A stretch of DNA of 64,000 bases, taken from positions 124,001 to 188,000 of IMG/VR virus record IMGVR_UViG_3300024252_000004; one strand, written 5' to 3'. Made by a program: the position numbers and the translations under genes. Positions 19,943-28,346 of this stretch are shown in pieces. Within the stretch, counting starts at the first letter, position 1. Each line of letters begins with the position of its first letter. Below the pieces are notes generated by a model, which saw only the letters and a list, made by a program, of their open reading frames with translations, searched no databases and was not told the origin of the DNA.

Positions 19943-20037
19943 CCCTTTCGGGCCCTCAAGAAAACACCGCTGACCGCCGCCTGTGTCGGCATTCGTTCCT
20001 CCAAGGTCAGCGGTGTTTTCTTGAGGGCCCGAAAGGG
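19943..20037. repeat. Perfect 33-bp inverted repeat with a 29-nt loop
   Basis: CCCTTTCGGGCCCTCAAGAAAACACCGCTGACC (19943-19975) is the exact reverse complement of 20005-20037. Confidence 0.95.
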
Positions 20038-20067
20038 GAGAAAAGATTTTCATTCTTGATAAGGAAC

Positions 20068-20104
20068 TGGCACGGACTTTGCAGTGTATGCAAGGGGCAT
20101 GCCA
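20068..20104. promoter_or_regulatory. Convergent twin sigma54 site palindrome
   Basis: TGGCACGGACTTTGCA-gtgta-TGCAAGGGGCATGCCA, enclosed by the 13-bp IR GGGAGAAAAGATT (20036-20048 / 20107-20119). Confidence 0.85.
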
Positions 20105-20172
20105 TCAATCTTTTCTCCCTGTTGTGAGGGGGTGAAAAGAAAGACACCTAAGTAACTCGTAAGATGTTATAG

Positions 20173-20550
20173 AGGGGTGCCGCGACGGCACTGAGCATGA
20201 CAGCGAGTCGGCGCCGACGACTTCGGCGAACCGACAACGACGAAACTAATAGCGAGAGGCTGAAGTTGACTCACAGACGTGTTCATCGCTGCCCACCGTC
20301 CGGGGCATAAACGGACGGCGGCGAGTAGTCGCTTGCGTGGATACCTTGGGGCCGGCAGTCCTGGGGCAAACTAAACGTAACGATGAAGCACCGGGTGTGA
20401 GGGAACGTGAAGACAGGACTCTGCCGGGTCTGGTCATGACACCTAAAACCCTCCTTTGTGACTCTGAGCATTAACCGGGCGACGGCTCGGTTCTGAGAAA
20501 GCAAAGAACGATTCCCCGTTGGGCAGCAAATGCTGTTGCCCAGCGGGACC
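20173..20550 (+). ncRNA. Putative ~380-nt structured non-coding RNA
   Basis: Follows the promoter copy at 20165; no plus-strand ORF; multiple stems (CCGTCCG/CGGACGG, CCGGCAGTCCTG/CAGGACTCTGCCGG, AACCGGGC/GCTCGGTT) and a 3' hairpin. Confidence 0.6.
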
Positions 20551-20584
20551 TCCGGGGAGAAAAACATTTCAAGCCTCGAAAGGT

Positions 20585-20621
20585 TGGCACGGTTATTGCA
20601 TACACTGCAAATGCCATGCCA
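20585..20621. promoter_or_regulatory. Convergent twin sigma54 site palindrome
   Basis: TGGCACGGTTATTGCA-tacac-TGCAAATGCCATGCCA. Confidence 0.85.
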
Positions 20622-20739
20622 GTTTATATGTTCTTTTTCTCCCCTGGCTGAGAATCTGGGGTGAAAAAGAAAACAACTAAGTAACTCACAGGGTGTTATA
20701 GAAGGACGTGAGAGAAACACCCAAACGGAGCATCCCACC

Positions 20740-21192
20740 ATGTCCGACAAGTTCACCCCCCTCTTCGCCGATGCCGCGCCCAAGCGGCAGACCTTCACCG
20801 AGAAGGTGATGAGCAAGGCGCCCGTGTCCTTCGGCACGGACGACCTCGGGAACCCGGTCGTCGGGGTCGGGATCCCCGGCTACGGTGGCTGCGGGGCGGG
20901 GGGGGCCATGCTGCTGCGGCCGGAGAACATGCAGAACTTCTGCACGGCCATCCGCAACGCCGTCGATGGTGTGGGTCCCGACCCGCTCCAGGTCGCCGTG
21001 GAGACTATGACTCGCACGGGAGAGGGGGAGATCAGCTTCAAGCTGAGCCACATGCCCCGGTCCCAGACGATCACGATGTCGTCCGCCGAGGCCATCGAGT
21101 TCGCAACGCTCGTGGAGCGGATGATCACCGCCTGCGAGAAGAAGGCGCAGGGTCCCGAGACGGACGGCGAGGAGGCGACCGACGGGGAGTGA
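20740..21192 (+). CDS. Hypothetical protein, possible PUR/PC4-like nucleic-acid-binding fold with acidic tail
   Basis: Two beta-rich+helix units and an E/D tail; architecture parallels 32276-32863. Confidence 0.6.
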   Translation: MSDKFTPLFADAAPKRQTFTEKVMSKAPVSFGTDDLGNPVVGVGIPGYGGCGAGGAMLLRPENMQNFCTAIRNAVDGVGPDPLQVAVETMTRTGEGEISFKLSHMPRSQTITMSSAEAIEFATLVERMITACEKKAQGPETDGEEATDGE

Positions 21193-21264
21193 TCTCCGCC
21201 CCGCCCCGGGAGGCTTCGGCCCCCGGGTTCCGGGGAGAAAAGATTTTCATTTTTGATAAGGAAC

Positions 21265-21300
21265 TGGCACAGATATTGCATGTATGCAAGAGTCATTCCA
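21265..21300. promoter_or_regulatory. Convergent twin sigma54 site palindrome (right half degenerate)
   Basis: TGGCACAGATATTGCA-tgta-TGCAAGAGTCATTCCA inside the 14-bp IR GGGGAGAAAAGATT (21232-21245 / 21303-21316). Confidence 0.75.
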
Positions 21301-21417
21301 TCAATCTTTTCTCCCCTGTGTGTGTATGGGGGTGAAAAAGAAAACAACTAAGTAACTTATAAGATGTTATAGAGAGGTGCCCGACAGACCGTGGCACCCA
21401 AACTCTGGAGAAATCGC

Positions 21418-21954
21418 ATGTCCTTCACGCCTCCGCACTCGCACTCCCGCTCCGTCGCTGGCCTCGGACGGCTTCTCGTCGCCGTCATGATCTCCGGCGA
21501 CAAGGCGCTCATCGCCCTCAAGTCGGCGGAGCAGGCTGTGGATGGGGCGCGGACGCGCCTGACCGTGTGGTTCCCCAACGATGAGCAGTGGCCGACCGAC
21601 GCCGAGGACAATCGCGAGGTGATCAGCGCCTTGTCCGTCGCCAACGGGGAGGTGAAGCACGCCCGGCTGATGCTGGACGGCGTCAAGGTCTCGCGGGCCG
21701 CCGGCCTCGACTTCCTGACGAGCCTGCACGAGGAGGTCGCGGCCTGCTCTGACCGCCTGTTCGTCAACCCCTACACCGGGAAGGGCGGAAAGACCTACAT
21801 GGCGTTCTTCGGCGAGGGCGACGACATCGAGCACCGGGGCCAGACCCACCGCGAGTTGCGGGACACCCTCCGCGCGAAGATCAAGAAGGCGGGCCTGGAT
21901 CCGGTGAAGGTCCAGGCGGACCACGGCTACGGCCGAGGGCGTGGCCGGCGCTGA
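21418..21954 (+). CDS. Hypothetical protein
   Basis: GGAG RBS before ATG 21418; strong GC3 codon bias. Confidence 0.8.
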   Translation: MSFTPPHSHSRSVAGLGRLLVAVMISGDKALIALKSAEQAVDGARTRLTVWFPNDEQWPTDAEDNREVISALSVANGEVKHARLMLDGVKVSRAAGLDFLTSLHEEVAACSDRLFVNPYTGKGGKTYMAFFGEGDDIEHRGQTHRELRDTLRAKIKKAGLDPVKVQADHGYGRGRGRR

Positions 21955-22127
21955 GCCGCACCCTGACGGGAGCTTCGGCTCCCCGAAGGGGGAGAAAAAC
22001 ATTGCAGAAGCATATGTGTATGCTTTTTCTCCCCTGTGCGTGTGTGTCGGGGTGAAAAGAAAAACAACTAAGTAACTCATAGGATGTTATTACAAGGTGT
22101 AAGGAACCCAAAAGCGGAGCATTGAAC

Positions 22128-22310
22128 ATGGACACGCCGACCATCATCATCGTGGATCTCTACGGGAAGGACGGGCGACCCGTCCGCACGGGAATCACGT
22201 TCCACAGCAACGACGAGGCGACCGCGAAGGAACAGGCTTCCGAGTTCGCGACACACCACAAGTCGCGGGGGAAGACCGTAAAGGCCCGGCGTCCGAAGAA
22301 GAAGCGTTGA
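22128..22310 (+). CDS. Small basic hypothetical protein
   Basis: GGAG RBS, KKKR C-terminus. Confidence 0.75.
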   Translation: MDTPTIIIVDLYGKDGRPVRTGITFHSNDEATAKEQASEFATHHKSRGKTVKARRPKKKR

Positions 22311-22315
22311 CGCAT

Positions 22316-22406
22316 GTGGGGCCGGGCAGGCGGACGCGGGTTCGATTCCCGCATCAGCCGGTCGCAAGCGATAGCTTGCCGGAGGGTTCGATTCCCTCCC
22401 CCCCAC
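22316..22406 (+). ncRNA. tRNA-like element with two T-arms
   Basis: GCGGG-TTCGATT-CCCGC (22336-22352) and GAGGG-TTCGATT-CCCTC (22382-22398); closing GTGGGG/CCCCAC; internal helix 22322-22331 / 22374-22382; no anticodon arm. Confidence 0.65.
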
Positions 22407-22531
22407 GGGGAGAAAAACATAACACCTTATCAAGATATGAGACTTTTCTCCCCTGCGTGTGCGTGTCGGGGTGAAAAACAATTCAACTAAGTAACTCATA
22501 GGATGTTATTCTAAAGTGTAGGAGGTTCCCG

Positions 22532-22834
22532 ATGCGAGTGCAGAACGACGACGGCATGTTCGAGTTTCAGACGGATTGCCGTCGCTGGCTGTGTATCCAG
22601 ACGACCCGGAAGGGACGGCGGGAGTTTGCTCCCCGTGTCCTCGTGCCGTATGCGTACGCCGGGAGTCTCTCTGCTCAGGCTCGCGCCGAGGGTGCGACCA
22701 GCGCGGACTTCGGAATCGTGGAGCCCAAGGTCAAGAAGCCGCGTGCGCCCAAGGCTCCGCGCAAGCCTCGTCAGCCTCGCAAGGTGAAGGCTCGGATGCC
22801 GGAGGGTTTCGTGCCCCTGGATCTGGGGCTCTGA
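22532..22834 (+). CDS. Hypothetical protein with Lys/Pro/Arg-rich (histone H1-like) tail
   Basis: GGAGG RBS; KVKKPRAPKAPRKPRQPRKVK. Confidence 0.75.
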   Translation: MRVQNDDGMFEFQTDCRRWLCIQTTRKGRREFAPRVLVPYAYAGSLSAQARAEGATSADFGIVEPKVKKPRAPKAPRKPRQPRKVKARMPEGFVPLDLGL

Positions 22835-22906
22835 ACGGCAAAAGGTCCCGATCACCAAGTGATCGGGACCTCCGGGGAGAAAACTTTTGCGTTTATCTTG
22901 ATGAGG

Positions 22907-22943
22907 TGGTATGAATCTTGCAGAGAATGCAAGGGTTGTGCCA
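22907..22943. promoter_or_regulatory. Convergent twin sigma54 site palindrome
   Basis: TGGTATGAATCTTGCA-gagaa-TGCAAGGGTTGTGCCA. Confidence 0.8.
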
Positions 22944-23020
22944 CCCAGGGGAGAAAAGATTCATATGTATATGCTGGGGTGAAAACCTTAGCACACAGGA
23001 AACTGGTAGGGTGTTATAGA

Positions 23021-23710
23021 AGGGTGCCGGAAAGACCCGGCAAACAGATGGATAAGGAGAATCGATAGAGTCTGCGAGAAGTGCGTGTCTCTCTTCTAAA
23101 CGCAACGCTTTGTAGCTCGTAATACCTCAGTCACCACGCAGGCGAATGCGTACCGGTGGTGACAGTTTGCCAGTCCGACGTGAAGAACAGCAGTGGTGGA
23201 TACCGGGAAGGGAAGCGGCAGCACCGTGAATAGCCGACCCGGAAACGCGAAATCGATAGTACAGACTCCCAGTAACGTGATACGCGCCCTTCGGGGAAAG
23301 CTTAACCAGTCTGTCTCGTAAGTGCATGATACCAAAGTGCAGTCCTTTAAGGGATGTAGCAGGCAACCGGAGCCGAGAACACCGAAAGGCAAATCCGGGA
23401 CTGAGGAAATGAGGTCGAAAAAGGATCGAAAGTCTGCGATCACCACCGCCATGGCGGGGTCAATCCAGGCGACGGAATCTAAGCTACTCGGTTAAGCAAC
23501 CTGAGACTAAAGACTTCCGGCGGGACTCTGCCGACATAGATAACTATAGAGGATGGACACGGAAAAGATGGGCTGCCCGGTGCAGACCAAGATGTCCATA
23601 ACATTTGCGCGAAGAGGTAGCTCCTACGAAGGCAAATCCTGTAAAGTTACCGCCCCCCACTCACGCGCCTTTGGCCGGTCATGAGTGGGGGGCGGCTCCT
23701 TTTGTTTTCC
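23021..23710 (+). ncRNA. Putative ~690-nt large structured non-coding RNA
   Basis: Runs from the promoter copy (23012) to a terminator (23650-23710); no credible ORF; long-range helices CCTCAGTC 23125 / GACTGAGG 23399 and GTAGCT 23112 / AGCTAC 23482; UUCG/GAAA tetraloops. Confidence 0.7.
23650..23710 (+). terminator. Intrinsic terminator
   Basis: 14-bp stem CCGCCCCCCACTCA / TGAGTGGGGGGCGG followed by CTCCTTTTGTTTT. Confidence 0.75.
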
Positions 23711-23822
23711 CCGTATGTCAAGCTTTTCTCCCCTGCGTGTGCGTGTCGGGGTGAAAAACAATTCAACTAAGTAACTCATAGGGTGTTATATCAAAGTATA
23801 ACAAAACCAAAGAGCAATCAAG

Positions 23823-24452
23823 ATGACTATCGCCGGTGATAGCCGCGACACGCGGAACCCTCAGAAGTCCTGGGTCGCTTGGACGGCGTCTCTCTGGGCT
23901 CAGAAGATCCTGCGGGCCGAAGTAAATCGTCCCGAGGTAGTGTCTCTCACGGGGGACTATGTCCAGGCGCACATGGAGGAGCTTTTGCCCTTCCATCGTC
24001 GGCATTTCTTCGAGATGGATCCTGTCCAGCTTCGCAAGATGCGGCGGAAGTTCAAGCGGCTCCCTCGCACGTTCACACGGGACGAGATCAGCGACACGAC
24101 CATCCATCAGGGGAACATCTTCAAGACCGACGTAGTTTCGGATGCCGATGGGGCGTATTACGACTGGGACATCACCGGCTCGATTCGTGAGGCCATCAAG
24201 TATGGTCTTGAAGATGCTGTGTGGGACGCTTTTGAGTCTCCGGGGACTCGGTGCATGGCTCTGACGGTTTCCCGTCGGATGCCGGGTGGCAAAGCGAAAA
24301 CGTCGGAGCTTTGGCGGGAGATCGTCAATGGGATCGGCGGAGTGTTCGGAGACTCTCGTGTGTGGGAGTTCGAAGAGCCGATCCACTACGGCCGGGCACG
24401 CCTTGGCTGCGGCAACATGATGCTCATCCGTGCGGTCATCCGCGAGCGGTGA
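23823..24452 (+). CDS. Hypothetical protein (possible class I methyltransferase-like fold)
   Basis: VVSLTG..., FFEMD, IHQGNIF and YYDWD fall at strand ends as in a Rossmann fold; weak call. Confidence 0.55.
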   Translation: MTIAGDSRDTRNPQKSWVAWTASLWAQKILRAEVNRPEVVSLTGDYVQAHMEELLPFHRRHFFEMDPVQLRKMRRKFKRLPRTFTRDEISDTTIHQGNIFKTDVVSDADGAYYDWDITGSIREAIKYGLEDAVWDAFESPGTRCMALTVSRRMPGGKAKTSELWREIVNGIGGVFGDSRVWEFEEPIHYGRARLGCGNMMLIRAVIRER

Positions 24453-24482
24453 AAAGAGCAATAGAAGATGTAAGGGGGCAAA

Positions 24483-24608
24483 GTGGAAATCGTCATCGTC
24501 TGGTACTCTGCGAACGAACGCGAAGACACTCCCGTGGAGGGGTTCTACCGATGGGATGATTCCCATTGTGGCGACAGCCTTTCCTTCGTCGGGACGGAGC
24601 TTCCATGA
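24483..24608 (+). CDS. Small hypothetical protein (41 aa, not in ORF track)
   Basis: AAGGGGG RBS, GTG start, ATGA overlap with the next gene. Confidence 0.55.
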   Translation: MEIVIVWYSANEREDTPVEGFYRWDDSHCGDSLSFVGTELP

Positions 24609-24919
24609 AAAGTCACGAAAAGTCTGATAGCAAACGCTGGGTGATTCAGCGCTGCGTTCGCTGCGGGCATTGGTGGGACCCGCATGGAATCTGGACAACC
24701 GACTGTCCGGCTCCGACCGAAGCTGCGCAGAGTCTGATGGCAGATCTGCGTGTGCTTGGCATCCGAAGCTCCGCCAAGCAGAATGTGGTGTTCGCATGGC
24801 GTACGAGGCGGGTGAATCCGTGGAATCGTAGGGAGTTCGATGCTCGGCACCAAACGGCCGAGGAAATCGAGAAAGAACTGCGAACCCATCCCACACGTCA
24901 GTCCCTTTACCGGGGCTGA
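24605..24919 (+). CDS. Hypothetical protein with CxxC
   Basis: RCVRCGH motif; translationally coupled start. Confidence 0.65.
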   Translation: MKSHEKSDSKRWVIQRCVRCGHWWDPHGIWTTDCPAPTEAAQSLMADLRVLGIRSSAKQNVVFAWRTRRVNPWNRREFDARHQTAEEIEKELRTHPTRQSLYRG

Positions 24920-25047
24920 GGTCGGGGAGAAAAGATTGTTATTCTTGTGAAGGTATTCTCCCCGATGCCTAAGCCGGGGTGAAAAACAATTCAACTAAGT
25001 AACTCACAAGATGTTATATCAAAGCGTAACAAAGGGATGAAGAAAGA

Positions 25048-25389
25048 ATGGGAACGGACCTGAACAAACTCCTTTCGGAGTGTGACGTTGAAACCTACGC
25101 TGCTTCGCGCGGTTCGGGTGGACAGAACGTCAACAAACGGGATACGGCGGTGCGTCTGACGCATCGTCCCACCGGAATCAAAGCCGGTTCCCGTTCCCAT
25201 TCCACGCAGGGACGGAATAAGAGCGAAGCGCTCAAACGTCTGGCAAAGAAGATCGCTCAGGCAAACGAGGTCAAGGCGGAGCGGTTGCCCACGGGAATCC
25301 CGCAGTCCGTCAAGGAAAAACGATTGTCTGATAAGCGTCGGACTTCTGCACGAAAGACCGGACGGAAGCCCGTCCGATCGGAGGACTGA
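25048..25389 (+). CDS. ArfB/PrfH-like GGQ peptidyl-tRNA hydrolase (stalled-ribosome rescue)
   Basis: SRGSGGQNVNKRDTAVRLTH.PTGI...Q.RNK..AL..L plus basic tail KRL.DKRR.S.RK..R. Confidence 0.88.
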   Translation: MGTDLNKLLSECDVETYAASRGSGGQNVNKRDTAVRLTHRPTGIKAGSRSHSTQGRNKSEALKRLAKKIAQANEVKAERLPTGIPQSVKEKRLSDKRRTSARKTGRKPVRSED

Positions 25390-25391
25390 TC

Positions 25392-25601
25392 ATGGGCAAG
25401 AAAGAACCCCTGATTGAGACGGCGGAATGCTGGTGCGGTAAAACTGTAACGTGTTCGTCAGAGGATTTCGGAAAGCCTGACGTGGTAGTCCCCGGATGGG
25501 TTTCTTGGAAGCCTATCAAGAAAGAATGTTCGTGCGGAGAGTCTCTGATCTTCGGAATGGACTTCGACAAGTTTCTGAACCTCTTTGAGGTGGAGTACTG
25601 A
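25392..25601 (+). CDS. Small Cys-rich (zinc-finger-like) protein
   Basis: ECWCG...ECSCG; GAGGA RBS. Confidence 0.7.
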   Translation: MGKKEPLIETAECWCGKTVTCSSEDFGKPDVVVPGWVSWKPIKKECSCGESLIFGMDFDKFLNLFEVEY

Positions 25602-25787
25602 ATGGTGTTCTACTACCTGATGTCTCGCGGCATCTTCGCTGGCCTGATGGCCTATGGCTACGCCCACTACGAGAGCGAGATCTGGATCTGGGCAGGACTC
25701 GTCGCGCTGGTGCCTTTCTTGGGCGAAATCGTGATGATCGGGTTCCTCGTTTTCACGATGTTCTTTCTGTTGGGGTCTTTCGCATGA
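25602..25787 (+). CDS. Small membrane protein
   Basis: Two hydrophobic segments; GGAG RBS. Confidence 0.7.
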   Translation: MVFYYLMSRGIFAGLMAYGYAHYESEIWIWAGLVALVPFLGEIVMIGFLVFTMFFLLGSFA

Positions 25788-26170
25788 AGTACGGACTTTC
25801 TCTCTCTTTCTGTGTGCGTGCGATCATTGATCGCGAGATCACTCTCTTCGAGATCGCTGGCATCATCTCTGCGACAAAGATGGAGTCGCCGGAGGAAGCG
25901 TACGAGCAGTACGGAAAGAGCTACTGGTCTGAGGCGTCAGAAGATGATGTGATGGTGGTCCTTCGGGAACTCTGGCCCCGAGTGATTCAGCCACGCATGT
26001 ACGGTCTTCCGCACCACAATATCTCCAAGGGAATCTGGTTGGAGGTTGCGCATGACCGGCTCCCGGTGCTCATCGAGGCGCGGCACTGTGCCTACTGGAT
26101 GGAGGGAACTGGTAACGAGCCCGCCATCGGTATGATTCGAAACGGTGGACTCTGGAAGTTTCTGGCCTGA
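25784..26170 (+). CDS. Hypothetical protein
   Basis: ATGA coupling, 128 aa. Confidence 0.75.
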   Translation: MKYGLSLSFCVRAIIDREITLFEIAGIISATKMESPEEAYEQYGKSYWSEASEDDVMVVLRELWPRVIQPRMYGLPHHNISKGIWLEVAHDRLPVLIEARHCAYWMEGTGNEPAIGMIRNGGLWKFLA

Positions 26171-26327
26171 GCCTACGCCGAGCCTCCAATCAAGGAGGCT
26201 CGGTCGGGGAGAAAAGATAATCATTCTTGTGAAGGTATTCTCCCCGAAGCACAGATAGGGGGTGAAAAACAATTCAACTAAGTAACTCATAAGATGTTAT
26301 AGAGAGGCACAGAATCGGGAGCAGAGA

Positions 26328-26843
26328 ATGGATATTCTTTCGAAAGTCGGCATGGTGGTTGGGGTGACTGCGCTTTGCGCTTCGCTCTACTCTGCTTACT
26401 CTCACTTCTACGATGGGAAAACCGTCCCCGAGAAGCTCCCGATGGTGGGGCAGGCTTGGTGGGTGGAAGGAAAGGGGACCGTTCTGGTCGCAGAAGTCTA
26501 CCCTGCGGAAGATCGGATCGTCTACAAGACCAAGAACCACAAGGGTGGATGGTCGGACGATCTGACTACTGAGTCTACTCTCGGGCAGTTCATGAACTAC
26601 TCTCGGGTCAACAAGAAGATGACGACTCACGAGTCCGCTCCTGAGAAGAAGGATCGGCGTCCGATGGTGGGTCAGATCTGGGAAGTCGCCGGCTTCGGTG
26701 ATGTGCGAGTCCTTTACTGCGACGGCTACTCCGTTAGCTACAGCTACAAACTGGATCCGTGGAGAAATGAGTCGAGTGAGACTACGGATCTCGAACTGTT
26801 CTACCACTACGGAAACGTCAAGAAAGAGAAGGAGGCCAAGTGA
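26328..26843 (+). CDS. Membrane-anchored protein with two internal repeats
   Basis: N-terminal hydrophobic helix; PMVGQAWWVEGKGTV / PMVGQIWEVAGFGDV repeat. Confidence 0.8.
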   Translation: MDILSKVGMVVGVTALCASLYSAYSHFYDGKTVPEKLPMVGQAWWVEGKGTVLVAEVYPAEDRIVYKTKNHKGGWSDDLTTESTLGQFMNYSRVNKKMTTHESAPEKKDRRPMVGQIWEVAGFGDVRVLYCDGYSVSYSYKLDPWRNESSETTDLELFYHYGNVKKEKEAK

Positions 26844-27169
26844 GTCTACCGAAGCTTCGCATTGGCAACATCGTCCACTGGAATGGCAATCCTTGGGGCG
26901 GAAAGGTTATCTCGAATGGATACGATCTGAATGGAGGGCTCGGGTTCTACTGTATCATCAAGGCTCCCCTTCAGCCCGTGCGCAGGGGTGGGCGTCCGCT
27001 CTGGCTGATCTTCGAAGACGGAACGGTGAGCCCTTCGCTGGGGGATTCCGAGCCTCTCATGTCCCTGCGTGTGAACGGTATCCCTTACCCTCTCGTCATC
27101 GAGGGAGAACTGGAGACGTACACGTTCGAAGGCGAGGGTGAACTCAAGTTCCTTCTGGAAACCCTGTAA
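26840..27169 (+). CDS. Hypothetical protein
   Basis: GGAGG RBS, GTGA coupling. Confidence 0.75.
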   Translation: MSLPKLRIGNIVHWNGNPWGGKVISNGYDLNGGLGFYCIIKAPLQPVRRGGRPLWLIFEDGTVSPSLGDSEPLMSLRVNGIPYPLVIEGELETYTFEGEGELKFLLETL

Positions 27170-27193
27170 ACTTCTCAAACCCGCGAGTAACTG

Positions 27194-27370
27194 ATGCTTA
27201 GGCTTCTTTGGGCCCTTGTCAAATGGGGCATCTTCAGTTGGATGATCGATGTCAGAGCTTTCGGCTGGCACATTTTCCCCAGGGAATGGTGTGCTTGGGC
27301 TGAATGCACTTCGAAAGAGTGTTTGGCTCTGGATGACTTCGATGCAGCTATCTTTCGGCTCAAGGGCTGA
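27194..27370 (+). CDS. Small hypothetical protein (58 aa, not in ORF track)
   Basis: MLRLLWALVKWG...RLKG, ends at the cassette boundary. Confidence 0.5.
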   Translation: MLRLLWALVKWGIFSWMIDVRAFGWHIFPREWCAWAECTSKECLALDDFDAAIFRLKG

Positions 27371-27459
27371 AGGACGGGGAGAAAAGATTGGAGGGTGAAA
27401 AAGAAAACACACAGGAAACTTATAAGATGTTATATGAGGTTGTATTCTCCGGAGACAAT

Positions 27460-27771
27460 GTGATTCCCAACAGCAACATCCCGTCCTACGCAATCCCCTT
27501 CCACATCGGCGTCTGCGGTCTGATCATCGCCTGGGCCCTCGGCGTTGAGGCTGCCAAGTTCATCACGGAGGCCGTGATCACGCTGATCGGTGCGCCGATC
27601 CACTTCGCCCTGTGGACTTTCGATGCTGCGATCGACGCGGTCTACCTGAACGGCTACGAGTACGACCATCCGGTCGATGTCAATGAGCGTGCTGCGTTCG
27701 CTGTCGCGTCCGGTCACAGTGGGTTCGCCCACCGGCCGAGTTCTCATATCAGCGGATGGCGAGGCTACTGA
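27460..27771 (+). CDS. Membrane protein
   Basis: GTG after GGAG, downstream of a promoter copy; hydrophobic helices. Confidence 0.7.
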   Translation: MIPNSNIPSYAIPFHIGVCGLIIAWALGVEAAKFITEAVITLIGAPIHFALWTFDAAIDAVYLNGYEYDHPVDVNERAAFAVASGHSGFAHRPSSHISGWRGY

Positions 27772-27902
27772 GCCTCTCCCGCTCCGGCTGCGGCCGGAGA
27801 TTGGGGAGAAAAGATAAGCATCCTTGTCAAGGAGTGAAAACCTTAACCCCCAAGAAACTCATAAGATGTTATAGAATGACACCAAAAGATATCGAGGAAA
27901 CC

Positions 27903-28346
27903 ATGAAGTCTCTGCTCAACAGTCTGAACAAGTCTCTCCCTTCGATCATGGGATCGAAGAACCAGACGATGATCGATGCTGCTGTGCTGCTCAAGGCATC
28001 GATCACCGATCAGATCAACGGCGGTGGCCCGAAGGGCTGGGTCTGGCAGGAGACCGTGAGCGACAGCTTCGTCGCCCTCGATCTTCACCATCCTCAGCGC
28101 GGAAAGATCCGGGTCTTCTCGGCTTCGGAAGCGTGCTGGGACTGGCGACAGTATCTCGGTCGCGGCTACAACATGGGCACCGTTAAGCTGCCAAATGGCG
28201 GGAACGAGCCTGTCGGACAGTACCGGAATTTCAAGACGGGATTTCGGAACATCGTTCAGATCGCGAAGATCCGGTGGGGATCCATCACGGTCGCGGACGA
28301 GAAGCGGAAGGTCAACGACCTCAAGGGGAAATTCCATTGGGGCTGA
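27903..28346 (+). CDS. Hypothetical protein
   Basis: GAGG RBS before ATG 27903 (alternative ATG 27876). Confidence 0.75.
   Translation: MKSLLNSLNKSLPSIMGSKNQTMIDAAVLLKASITDQINGGGPKGWVWQETVSDSFVALDLHHPQRGKIRVFSASEACWDWRQYLGRGYNMGTVKLPNGGNEPVGQYRNFKTGFRNIVQIAKIRWGSITVADEKRKVNDLKGKFHWG

Noticed and set aside
22316-22406. tmRNA or a true tRNA
   Set aside because: No tag reading frame or pseudoknot region, no G3:U70 pair, no anticodon or D arm, and the acceptor stem is too short
23021-23710. Group I/II intron or RNase P RNA
   Set aside because: CTGAGACTAAA resembles a group I R element but no matching S element follows; no GUGYG start or domain V; no GAGGAAAGUCC; no interrupted host gene
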